From Polyangia bacterium (GTDB lineage Bacteria > Myxococcota_A > Polyangia > Fen-1088), in assembly GCA_035549075.1 (NCBI GenBank), contig DASZRT010000069.1:678-64677 (forward strand): a stretch of 64,000 nt of DNA, given 5' to 3'. Shown here piece after piece: positions 32,901 to 40,657 of this stretch; position 1 is the stretch's first letter; every line of letters begins with the position of its first letter. Made by a program: the position numbers and the translations under genes. The notes under the pieces were generated by a model. The model was given only the letters and a program-made list of their open reading frames with translations. It made no database searches and had not been told where the DNA came from.

Positions 32901-35793
32901 GCAGCGCGATCGTGACGCTCTTGCGCTGCTGCGTCGTCGGGATCGGCACCGGCGTCGTGCACGTCTCGTGGCAGATCGTCTTGACCTCGGCGATGCACTT
33001 CGCGTCCCACTCGGGCTCGGTCGAGTAGTACGAGAGGTAGCCGCCGTCGCAGCAGAACGGATCCTGCGCGCAGATGGCGTCGACGCACGAGTCGCAGGCG
33101 TGGATGATGCCCGTGCTCGCGGCGAGCTTGGGCCCGAGCGCGCAGATGTCGTGGGGGCACGCGGGCGCGAGCGGCGCGCCCACGGCGACGGGCGGCAGCA
33201 GCGACGTGCTGCCCACGGTGAGCGCGGCGTCGCCCGCGGCCGTCACCGTGAAGGTGTACGTCTCCGAGTACGTGGGGACGATCTCGCCGTCCCACTTCGT
33301 CGAGTAGTTGGGCGTCGCGATGCCCGAGGGCAGCGTCGTCGTCGCCGAGAGATCGATGCCGGGATCGACGCGCGTCATGGGCGTGCCCGCGAACGCGAGG
33401 CCCGGGTAGTAGGTCGCGAGCAGGCCCGTGCCGCCGCCGGGGCCGACGCGGTAGAGCGCGCCCGACGGGATCGCCGACGGCGACAGCGCGCCCGGCGTCT
33501 GCCACGTGAGGCCGGGCGCCGTCGGATCCACGGGCGTCGTCGCCTGGAAGCGATCCCAGCGGATGTCGTATTTGATGCCCCGGACGAGATCGATGGTGCC
33601 GCTCGTCGGGCCCGGGCCGTCCCACCAGTCGACGAGCTTCTGGCCGTTCACGAAGACGCGGCTCGGCTCGACGCCCGCGGCGAAGGTGTACGTGCCCGTC
33701 GCGGGCGCTTCGATCCAACCCGTGAGCACCTGCGCGAACGCGCGGTCGTCGGCCGCGGCCGAAGCGCCGGTGGGCGTGCACGTTTCGGCGGCGGCGGCGC
33801 ACGCGTCGGTCCAGGCCGTCGTGCAGCAGCTGCCGAGGCCGCTCTTGGCGCAGACGCTGGCGGCGCACGCGCTGCACGAGGCGTCGAGCGCGTCGCCCAC
33901 GTCGTGCTCGCCGTGGGCGCACGTCGGCACGCGCACGATGCCGTTGCGCAGCAGCGTGGGCGGCGCCTCGGGGCCGTCGGCCGTCGCCGTGTCGAGCGCG
34001 TAGACGAACACGTCGCCGGACGTGCTCGCCGGCAGCGTGAACGAGAAGCCGTGGCGAGCCGTCGTGAGGCCCGCGCCGTCGCAGGCCGTCGCGACCTCGC
34101 CCGCGAGCGGCGCCGCGAGCGCGAGGTCGGCGTAGGTCGTGCCGACGAGCGTGCCGCCGTGCTCGCGCGGGCCCGTGTAGATCGCGACGGCGACGGCCGC
34201 GCCCGGCCACTCGGGATCGCACGCCCAGCCCGTCACCGTCGCCGAGGTGCCGCTCGTGCTGACGCCGTCGACGCGATCGACGGCGCCGCCCGGACCGATG
34301 AGGTACTTCTGCGGCGCGGGCGCCGGGCCCGTGACGTCGCGCGGCCATACGCGCCCCGGCTGCCACAGCGGCCCGCCGCCGTCGACGACGTCCTGGCAGA
34401 CGTGCTGCCGCTTGTCGACGCAGGCCGCGTTCCACACCGGCTGCGGCAACGTCGGATCGGCGCTGCAGCACTGGGGCATCTCGCGGCACACGGCCGTCGT
34501 GCACGGGCTGCAGTCCCACGGCAGCGCCTCGCCCGTCTGCGACTCGTCGTGCGTGCAGTAGTTGCCCGAGAAGATCTCGACGCGCGGCGTGTTCGTGAGC
34601 GGGTTCGCCCAGCGACCGTCCTCGAAGTGGTCGCGCTCGAGCCGGTCGATCGACGCGAAGCTGTCGCACGCGTTCTCGGGCGCGAGCTCGCGGTAGCGCG
34701 TGCGCTGCAGCGCCGTCGCGTGCAGCGTCGGATCCGACGCCAGCGGATCGAACGACACGAAGTATTCTTGCGCGAGCATCCACTGCGAGTCGGGCACGGC
34801 CGGGTTCCAGGGGTTCTGGATCGTGTTGGGCCAGATGAATTGTCGTGTGTCGAACAGATCGACCAGCGTGCCGTTCTTCGTGAAGCTCTGGCGGTCCTGG
34901 CAATATCCGGCGCGCGCCGCGATCTTGCAGACGTCGTAGAACGGCTTGAGCGGGAATTCCTTCTCGACCCAGCTCGACGAGGGATCGTCGTAGAACCACG
35001 TCGTGTCCGTGCGCCAAGGGCGGAAGCCCCAGATGCGCGCGCACTTCGCGGCGACGCCCGTCGCCGTGCACGCGAAGATGAACTTGTTGGGGTTGGCGGG
35101 ATCCTCGGCGATTGCCATCGCCGTCGCGCCGCCCGTCGCGTCGTGGTACGGGCACAGCGACGCCCACTGGCCGCTCCACTTGTAATAGAAGTAGACCTCG
35201 TACAGCTGCACGTCGTCGTTGATCTGGTCCGCGGGGCGGTGCAGGAGGTTCGGCACGGGATCGGCCTCTTCGCCCGCGATGTAGAGGTCGAGATCGTCGG
35301 CGGGGTTTCCGGCCGCGTCGACGAGGTGAGCCGTCGCGTAGTGGCCCACGGCCGTCTCGCCGCCCACCGAGATGTAGCTGCCCGCGCCCGTGCTCATGCC
35401 CGGGTTCGCCGTCAGCTCGACGGGAACGACGCCCGAGTCCGACGTCAGCCCCCTGATTTCGACCGAGCCGATGTCGACGCCTTTGAGGCTGCTTCCGACG
35501 ACGTCCGTTCCCAAGACGGGAACGCCTTGAACGAGCGAGCCCTGGACCGAGAGCCCCTGAACCGAGAGGCCTTGAACGGACAGTCCCTGGACGGAAAGTC
35601 CCTGGACCGAGAGTCCCTGGACCGAGAGGCCTTGGACGGACAGTCCCTGGACGGAAAGTCCCTGGACCGAGAGTCCCTGGACCGAGAGTCCCTGGACGGA
35701 CAAGCCGGCGATCGCGGCGCTCGGAGCCGCGATCAACAACACCACCAACCACGTCGCGGGCCGTTTGCCCCTCGTCCAAGAAGGTCTTTTCAT
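29947..35793 (-). CDS. giant secreted surface protein: signal peptide, 12x GLSVQ pentapeptide repeats, Cys-rich domain, PA14-like domains, multiple C-terminal HYR (hyalin repeat) domains
   Basis: ATG at 35793 with a GGAG RBS. Signal MKRPSWTRGKRPATWLVVLLIAAPSAAIA. Repeats (GLSVQ)x12. PA14-like segment YTFAAGVEPSRVFVNGQKLVDWWDGPGPTSGTIDLVRGIKYDIRWDRFQ. HYR-like blocks, e.g. PPVVTVPGPIVAEATSALGAVVSYEASAVD...CAPASPALFALDTTTEVVCAATDAAGQTTSASFPVTV, repeated about 5-6 times. Confidence 0.8.
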   Translation of the reverse strand: MKRPSWTRGKRPATWLVVLLIAAPSAAIAGLSVQGLSVQGLSVQGLSVQGLSVQGLSVQGLSVQGLSVQGLSVQGLSVQGLSVQGSLVQGVPVLGTDVVGSSLKGVDIGSVEIRGLTSDSGVVPVELTANPGMSTGAGSYISVGGETAVGHYATAHLVDAAGNPADDLDLYIAGEEADPVPNLLHRPADQINDDVQLYEVYFYYKWSGQWASLCPYHDATGGATAMAIAEDPANPNKFIFACTATGVAAKCARIWGFRPWRTDTTWFYDDPSSSWVEKEFPLKPFYDVCKIAARAGYCQDRQSFTKNGTLVDLFDTRQFIWPNTIQNPWNPAVPDSQWMLAQEYFVSFDPLASDPTLHATALQRTRYRELAPENACDSFASIDRLERDHFEDGRWANPLTNTPRVEIFSGNYCTHDESQTGEALPWDCSPCTTAVCREMPQCCSADPTLPQPVWNAACVDKRQHVCQDVVDGGGPLWQPGRVWPRDVTGPAPAPQKYLIGPGGAVDRVDGVSTSGTSATVTGWACDPEWPGAAVAVAIYTGPREHGGTLVGTTYADLALAAPLAGEVATACDGAGLTTARHGFSFTLPASTSGDVFVYALDTATADGPEAPPTLLRNGIVRVPTCAHGEHDVGDALDASCSACAASVCAKSGLGSCCTTAWTDACAAAAETCTPTGASAAADDRAFAQVLTGWIEAPATGTYTFAAGVEPSRVFVNGQKLVDWWDGPGPTSGTIDLVRGIKYDIRWDRFQATTPVDPTAPGLTWQTPGALSPSAIPSGALYRVGPGGGTGLLATYYPGLAFAGTPMTRVDPGIDLSATTTLPSGIATPNYSTKWDGEIVPTYSETYTFTVTAAGDAALTVGSTSLLPPVAVGAPLAPACPHDICALGPKLAASTGIIHACDSCVDAICAQDPFCCDGGYLSYYSTEPEWDAKCIAEVKTICHETCTTPVPIPTTQQRKSVTIALQAGVHYPIHVEIQNSTSDRTAQLLWASASQLRQVVPWSALYPPATPANAGAGLNVVSFATKSNGTKPDLDTPLAAGPTADLSLAPAVGANGLAVVDVLAAPDDGTRATPPPPAIVSPRNGSTVYGVAPQVAVSGIGGVVGGSVQVLVDGAPGSVLSIASDGTFSGTVPVSGYGNHTLSFTQRTFASDPCVAPPAPFCGVSASIDWPVVVTAAAPATPDAPVITSPRDPTASPNPADDTFAVTGTAAPGVVNVCDLGGGATLTPTVTADGTGKINDVITLSAGSASDPNKGWHKLVFSKAACGSPGGSAPVFVSVGIRPPTVTFPRSGAEPSCTPAGNDGQFVHVTGSLPYAQAVLGPLRIYEETGHVGLRVVSRDLGVNDTPEPDGTFSFQGGVSLPPGKHLVYFFQAPDPPAGSTPDQIDAHFRAFASLANTPTSRLEIDVRPPSLPLPPIAPNGVITQVGPIKFGAAGCASVVAAPPPSCAQPFADVVVRDGQRTFTARADANGDWSMTLDVPPGWHPLRISQVLDSRAGGGWSESCESDPTLVGVTQGDPSKAPTVHTPGSITVDATSPDGAPVTYDASATTIDDKPAALSCRLPSGATFPIGQSTVLCEAIDPGTGAVGLGLFGVDVVDGPPVVTVPGPIVAEATSALGAVVSYEASAVDVVTGPLPVECAPASPALFALDTTTEVVCAATDAAGQTTSASFPVTVRDTTPPTLCPLTNVHVLASSPGGSVVSFATCASDVVDGADPVTCDHPSGSFFAVGTTLVTCTSTDHHGNTTAPATFVVSVADNRPPVLSLPATIVVPATSRLGARVTYHVTATDDTDPHPSVSCAPASGAQFPLGDTKVNCAATDATGNRSTGSFLVRVLVSFGHFLQPIDEDGSSVFYRPLPLLVRFTLAGGCAGIADFPAKLFLAPVDAAGHVGAEQPAHALPPFLGDNFVFIPLLRTYDLLLDTHALARGAYQLRVDLGDGATHTVRVTFR
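35523..35706 (-). repeat. 12 tandem 15-bp repeats encoding (GLSVQ)n at the mature N-terminus of the giant surface protein
   Basis: Visible periodicity ...gagagtccctggaccgagaggccttggacggacagtccctggacggaaagtccctggacc... Codon wobble positions vary but the peptide unit is conserved. Confidence 0.85.
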
Positions 35794-38423
35794 TTTTCTT
35801 CTCCAGCGGTCGCGCACACGCGAACACCCGTCGTCGAGTCTCGAAGCGTCCTGGTCACCGGCTCGCGATTCGTGCTCCTCGCCGAGACCGAATTGAAGTA
35901 GTAAGCGCCACCTCGGATCACGAATTCGCCCCGAGTTTGCGACGACACGGCGAACTCGAGGACGTTGCCGGCCAAGTCGTCGATCCCAAAAGGACTTCGC
36001 GAGCCCGGGTGAGATCCGACGGCGTCAGGTCCGTAGGCGGACTCGACGCGGCCGTACGAGATGTCGAAGTTGGCGTCGTCGGGGGCGATCTCGTCGCCGT
36101 TCGGAAAGAGCCGATCATCGGCGCCGCGCGCCGCGCGCTCCCATTCGACCTCGTCGCACAGCCGTGCGCCGGGAACCCTGCCGGACGAGCGCAGCCACGC
36201 CAAGTACTCTTCGACGTCGGCGAGGGAAACGCCTGCCACTGGAAACTGCAGCCAGTTCTGCTTCGCCAAGCGCTGACGGCCGACGTAGACGAACGGTTGG
36301 CCCGACCTGACAGCATATCTGTGGGACGCCGTGCCGAGACTGAATTGCCAGCCGTCGCCGACCTGGCGAAGCGTCACCGACCCGTGCGTGGTCGCCGCAC
36401 CGTCGGGCAAGTGACGTCCACGGTCATTCGGCGGCAATGCCTCGAGGAACGCGATCCACTCCCGGTAGGTCGTCTCTGTACGCGCGATCAGAAACGCTGG
36501 CACATGCCTTCGATGGATCGGTACCGTTCCGAGGAACTCCGTGCGGAGTTGCTCGTCCGCGTCGCCGAACCACGATTCTCCAGCAGGTACGTAGACCATT
36601 CCTTCGGGAACGATCCGCGCTGTTGGCAGCACGACGTCGACGGTCTGGTGAGCGGGGTCGCCGCGCCTCAGCTCGAAGGGAACGATCAAATCCGCGAACC
36701 CCGTGGCGCGTGCGACGACGCGGTACGAACCGGCCTCGAGGTTCAGCGTGGTCGTCGGCGGTGCGAACCCGGGCACGGGCGCCCACAATCCACGTGGCGC
36801 CGCTTGGTCGCGGTAATGACGTTCGAGAGAGAGAGTCGTCGACGGCGGAGAAACGTGCAGCCCCACCGTGAACGGCTCGGAGAGCCGTTGCTTCCACGTC
36901 CCTCCGGCGTCAGTCGAAACGAGCTTGGCGCTCGCTGTCTTGATCTCGTCCGTGAGATGCAGGTCCTGCGTGAGCGCCAGTTTGTCGGCAAGGACCTCGA
37001 GCAGGCGCGAGCGGGCGATTTCGCGGCTCGGATCGAGGACGAGCGCTGCCTCGAAGGCCTGCGTGGCGGCGTCAAATGAGCCAAGGATCGGCGGCACCAT
37101 CGCGCGTGCCGCTTTCCAGAGGGCCTCGCCCTCGTCGCGATCCATCGCATCGAACGCCGCGAAGGCGCGCGTCCTCATCGCTTTCAGGTCGTCGACCTTC
37201 TTGGCCGTCGATTGCGCTTCCGAGTTTCCTCTCTCGATCTGCTCGGCGACGCTGCGTTCGACGTCTTCGTGGCGCCTGCGCGCCGCGTGCAGGACGGCGA
37301 GCGTTGCTCCCACGAGCACGAGCGTGACCGCACCAATCGTGGTTCGCCGTCGTCGCGCGACGGCTGGGTCGTCCTCGAGCGCCGAGATGAGCGCGGCCAT
37401 CGATGGGTGACGAGCCTGGCGATCGGTCTGAAGCCCGCGCAAGACGACGCGGCGAATCCAACCGGGGACGTCGCGCTCCTTCGGCAGCGCGCGAAGGTGA
37501 CCGTTCGTCACGCTCACGGAGAGCGCGACGAGCGTGTCGCCGTCGAAGGGTCGTTGGCCGTAGAGCGCCTCGTACAGAGCGACGCAAAAGCTGAACTGGT
37601 CCGTGCGCTCGTCGGTGGGCTCGCCCAAGAACTGTTCGGGCGCCATGTAAGCCGGCGTGCCCATGAGCGCGCCCGTGCGTGTGAGCTTGTCCAGCTTGTC
37701 CGACGAGCTCAGATCGACGTTCGTCGGCAAGTTCGGGTCGAAGCGAGGCGGCGGGTGCGAGTCGGAGGCTGCGTCGTTCGCGGGCACGGCTCCATCGACA
37801 TCGGAGACCGCGCGTTCGAGCGCGCCGGCGCTCTCGAGCTCGATCTTGACCGCCTCGACGTTGCGCGCGAGGCCGAAGTCGACGACGCGTGCACGCCCGT
37901 CCTTGTCGAGCAGCACGTTGTCGGGCTTGAAGTCGCGGTGAACGAGCCCCTCGGCGTGCGCTGCCGCGAGCCCGCGCCCCGCCGCCGCGAAGACGGCCAC
38001 AACCTCGCGCCACGAACGCGTCGCTGATTCGAGCCAAACGCGGAGCGTGCCGCCCGCTAGAAATTCTGTCGCCAGGAAGACGCGATCATCGTCGGTCACG
38101 CCGACGTCGTGCACGGCGGCGACGTTCGGATGAGACAACCGCGCCATGGCCTTCGCTTCGCGCATCATTCGCGCTCTTGCGAGGGGCGCCGCGCCCGCAC
38201 CGACGCCGCGCAGAATCTTGAGAGCGATCTTGCGATCGAGCTCGGGATCATAAGCGCCGTAGACGACGCCCATCGCCCCGGTCCCTACGCGCTCGAGGAT
38301 GACGTAGCGGCTGACGCGAGCGCCAATCGCAAGGTCGGGCTCGTGCTTTTCGACGGAGCCTTCGGCTCGGTTTCCCCGCACTCTTTCCCCCGGGAGCGGC
38401 GGAGTTGGTTTCTTCGTAGTCAA
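35790..38423 (-). CDS. Ser/Thr protein kinase fused to C-terminal FGE-sulfatase (formylglycine-generating enzyme-like) domain
   Basis: Kinase motifs GTGAMGVVYGAYD, HRDFKPDNVLL, DFGLAR and APEQ. C-terminal FGE-like motifs (GNVLEFAV...IRGGAYY, VRVCA). The stop codon overlaps the ATG of the giant adhesin gene (ATGA at 35790-35793). Confidence 0.85.
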   Translation of the reverse strand: MTTKKPTPPLPGERVRGNRAEGSVEKHEPDLAIGARVSRYVILERVGTGAMGVVYGAYDPELDRKIALKILRGVGAGAAPLARARMMREAKAMARLSHPNVAAVHDVGVTDDDRVFLATEFLAGGTLRVWLESATRSWREVVAVFAAAGRGLAAAHAEGLVHRDFKPDNVLLDKDGRARVVDFGLARNVEAVKIELESAGALERAVSDVDGAVPANDAASDSHPPPRFDPNLPTNVDLSSSDKLDKLTRTGALMGTPAYMAPEQFLGEPTDERTDQFSFCVALYEALYGQRPFDGDTLVALSVSVTNGHLRALPKERDVPGWIRRVVLRGLQTDRQARHPSMAALISALEDDPAVARRRRTTIGAVTLVLVGATLAVLHAARRRHEDVERSVAEQIERGNSEAQSTAKKVDDLKAMRTRAFAAFDAMDRDEGEALWKAARAMVPPILGSFDAATQAFEAALVLDPSREIARSRLLEVLADKLALTQDLHLTDEIKTASAKLVSTDAGGTWKQRLSEPFTVGLHVSPPSTTLSLERHYRDQAAPRGLWAPVPGFAPPTTTLNLEAGSYRVVARATGFADLIVPFELRRGDPAHQTVDVVLPTARIVPEGMVYVPAGESWFGDADEQLRTEFLGTVPIHRRHVPAFLIARTETTYREWIAFLEALPPNDRGRHLPDGAATTHGSVTLRQVGDGWQFSLGTASHRYAVRSGQPFVYVGRQRLAKQNWLQFPVAGVSLADVEEYLAWLRSSGRVPGARLCDEVEWERAARGADDRLFPNGDEIAPDDANFDISYGRVESAYGPDAVGSHPGSRSPFGIDDLAGNVLEFAVSSQTRGEFVIRGGAYYFNSVSARSTNREPVTRTLRDSTTGVRVCATAGEEK

Positions 38424-38523
38424 ACGCCCAACTCGCTCTGAATTCCCGGTTATCTTCGGCGACGCTACACGCGTCCCGTTTCGCGTTCAACCGCCATGGG
38501 TCGATCGTTCGAGGGACGACCGG

Positions 38524-38733
38524 CTAGGACGCGCAGCTCAGCCGACGGTTGTGCTGGGGGCTGAGGCCGCCGGCCTTGACGGAAGCGCGAACCTTGAGGG
38601 CGCGGTTGTGCTGGGGGCTGAGGCCGCCAGCCTTGATGGAGGCGCGGACCTTGAGGGCGCGGTTGTGCTGGGGGCTAAGGCCGCCAGCCTTGATCGTCGT
38701 CTTGATCGCGAGCGTCGTCTTCGTCGTCTTCAT
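38524..38733 (-). CDS. small basic tandem-repeat peptide (69 aa; Thr/Lys-rich N-terminus followed by 3 x 19-aa repeats IKAGGLSPQHNRALKVRAS)
   Basis: ATG at 38733 with an AGGAG RBS 5 nt upstream. Codon usage matches the host (AAG, ACG, CTC, GCC, CGC). The opposite-strand ORF would require a TTG start and rare TTG/AGG/CGA codons. Three 57-bp DNA tandem repeats. Confidence 0.5.
   Translation of the reverse strand: MKTTKTTLAIKTTIKAGGLSPQHNRALKVRASIKAGGLSPQHNRALKVRASVKAGGLSPQHNRRLSCAS
38547..38700 (-). repeat. three tandem 57-bp repeats inside the small peptide gene
   Basis: ggttgtgctgggggctgaggccgccRgccttgaYggaRgcgcgRaccttgagggcgc repeated 2.7 times, encoding IKAGGLSPQHNRALKVRAS units. Confidence 0.85.
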
Positions 38734-38769
38734 GGGAGTCTCCTAGTTGTGGGTGGGTGGGTGTTTCGT

Positions 38770-39705
38770 TCATGGTTGGGTAATCGCCGCGAGGGCCTCG
38801 GGCGCTCGCTGGAAGCGGGCGGCGGGCTCGCGTTCGAGGCAGCGCAGGATGGCGCGCTCCCAGCGGACGTCGAGGTCGGGGCGGATCGTGCGCGGGGAGG
38901 GCGCGGCCTCGCGGAAGCGCTTGAGCGCCATGACGGTGATCGAGCTGCCCTTGAACGGCAGCTCGCCCGTGAGCATCTCGAACAAGACCACGCCCAGGGC
39001 ATAGACGTCGGTCGCGGTCGAGATGGGTTGCTTGCCGGCGGCGACCTGCTCGGGGGCCATGTAGAGCGGCGTGCCGACGGCCTCGCCGGTGATGGTGATC
39101 GAGATGTCGTCGAGGGCCGAGCGGCGGGCGAGGCCGAAGTCGGTGATGACGAGGCGCGGGGTCGGGCGGATGTCGACGTCGGGGACGAGCACGAGGTTTC
39201 CGGGCTTGAAGTCGCGGTGGACGACGCCGGCGGCGTGCGCCGCCTCGAGGCCGGCGACCATCTGGCGCACGAGCGGCAGGGCGTCCTCGACGGAGAACCG
39301 CGTGCGCGACGCGAGCTCCTCGGCGAGCGTCGGCCCGCGCAGCAGCTCCATCGTGATGAAGACGAGGGGCGGTCCCTCGCCGTCGTCGTGCTGGCCGACG
39401 TCGAACGTGCGGCAGACGTTCCGGTGGGTCACGCGGCGCGCGAGCTGAATCTCGCGGCGGAAGCGCTCGACGGGGACGGCGTCCTCGGCGACGATCTCGC
39501 GCAGCGTCTTGAGGGCGACCGCCTCGTGGAGCAGCTCGTCCTCGACCTCGTAGACCTCGCCGACGGCGCCGGCGCCGATGAGTCGCGTCACGCGGTAGCG
39601 GCCGGCGACGCGCTCGCCCTCGAACAGACGTTGGTCGAGCCGATTGCGGCGAGGGCCCGGGGGCCCGTCAGCCGGCGTGCGGTCTTCCTCGTCTATGCCG
39701 GCCAT
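38770..39705 (-). CDS. Ser/Thr protein kinase, catalytic domain only (311 aa)
   Basis: GAGAVGEVYEV, VALK, HRDFKPGNLVL, DFGLAR and GTPLYMAPEQ. No regulatory or TM domains. Confidence 0.8.
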   Translation of the reverse strand: MAGIDEEDRTPADGPPGPRRNRLDQRLFEGERVAGRYRVTRLIGAGAVGEVYEVEDELLHEAVALKTLREIVAEDAVPVERFRREIQLARRVTHRNVCRTFDVGQHDDGEGPPLVFITMELLRGPTLAEELASRTRFSVEDALPLVRQMVAGLEAAHAAGVVHRDFKPGNLVLVPDVDIRPTPRLVITDFGLARRSALDDISITITGEAVGTPLYMAPEQVAAGKQPISTATDVYALGVVLFEMLTGELPFKGSSITVMALKRFREAAPSPRTIRPDLDVRWERAILRCLEREPAARFQRAPEALAAITQP

Positions 39706-39748
39706 GCCTTTCCGCAGCCCACACGATGCGCGCGCGGCGGCGTTCCTG

Positions 39749-40657
39749 TCAAACGGGGTAGGGGAACGTCGGCGTCGGCGCCGTCGGCTCGGTGTCGTGG
39801 AACTTCGTCAGGTCGAGCACGACGTCGCCGTCGGCGTCCTCGGACACGACGTCCACCAGCCGGTGGCCCCAGAGGATCTGGTGCGCGAAGTAGCGGTGGC
39901 TCGAGTGGACGGTCTGCATCGAGATGTCGTCGAGGCCGACGACGAGCACCTGCAGCTCGACCTCCTTCGCTGCGATCGACTCGGGCGTCTCGCCGTAGAG
40001 CGGGCTCGTCTCGTCGATCGTGTGCAGCACGACCCACGAGCGCGACAGCGAAAGGATGTGGTCGCGCTGCAGCTTGAGATCGATCGTGCGGTAGAAGGTC
40101 CCGCCCTCGGCCGTGATCTCCGTGCGCGCCATCGTCGCGCGGATCTGCGCGCCCACGATCTGGTTGCCGCGCTGGTTGCTCATGCGAAACATGAGCGTCG
40201 GCACGTTGTTCATCGGCGAGATCACGGCGTGGCGCGAGACGATGATCCGCGCCGTCGAGCGCGAGAACTTCGCGAACACGAGCCCCGTCGCGAGCGCCGT
40301 CAGCGTGAGGCCCGTGATCGACTCGGCGACGACGACGAAGTTCGCGCCGGGCGTGTCGGGCGACAGCACGCCATAGCCGATCGTGCCCATGGTCTGGACG
40401 CTGAAGAAGAAGGCGTCGAGGAACGAGTTCGGTTGCGCGTGCGCGACGCCGCCCACGACGAGGAAAACGAGGGCGAACAGCGCGTTCGCGACCAGGAACG
40501 TGCCGGCGATGAGCGCGAACGTCACGCTCCACGGCATGTGCAGCAGCGCGTGATAAAAATCGCGCAGCGGCATGTGCTTCTCGCCGATGACCTTGAAGCC
40601 GTAGCTCGCGCCCGGGGCGCGAAAACGGCGCGTGCGGTGCTTCCGCGCGCGGCTCAC
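39749..40657 (-). CDS. inward-rectifier-type potassium channel (KirBac family)
   Basis: FFFSVQTMGTIGYG selectivity filter. Aligns with KirBac1.1 from the slide helix through the C-terminal cytoplasmic Ig-like domain (…LFGETPESIAAKEVELQVLVVGLDD…HRYFAHQILWGHRLVD). GTG start at 40657 overlapping the TGA of the glycosyltransferase (GTGA). Confidence 0.85.
   Translation of the reverse strand: MSRARKHRTRRFRAPGASYGFKVIGEKHMPLRDFYHALLHMPWSVTFALIAGTFLVANALFALVFLVVGGVAHAQPNSFLDAFFFSVQTMGTIGYGVLSPDTPGANFVVVAESITGLTLTALATGLVFAKFSRSTARIIVSRHAVISPMNNVPTLMFRMSNQRGNQIVGAQIRATMARTEITAEGGTFYRTIDLKLQRDHILSLSRSWVVLHTIDETSPLYGETPESIAAKEVELQVLVVGLDDISMQTVHSSHRYFAHQILWGHRLVDVVSEDADGDVVLDLTKFHDTEPTAPTPTFPYPV

Noticed and set aside
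32024-35827. 1267-aa minus-strand ORF
   Set aside because: Off-frame shadow within the giant HYR/PA14 protein gene (29947-35793), which has domain signatures and continuous codon bias.
35790-38423. FGE domain of the kinase acting on a CxPxR sulfatase motif in the neighbouring proteins
   Set aside because: Neither the peptide (GLSPQHNR) nor the GLSVQ repeats match C/S-x-P-x-R. Any modification role would have to be non-canonical, so I report only motif sharing, not a formylglycine prediction.
38549-38746. Plus-strand ORF encoding CWGLRPPALTEARTLRARL x3 plus a hydrophobic tail
   Set aside because: Opposite strand of the repeat-peptide gene. It needs a TTG start and has no RBS. It uses rare TTG/AGG/CGA/GGG codons, whereas the minus-strand frame has ATG, AGGAG and optimal codons.
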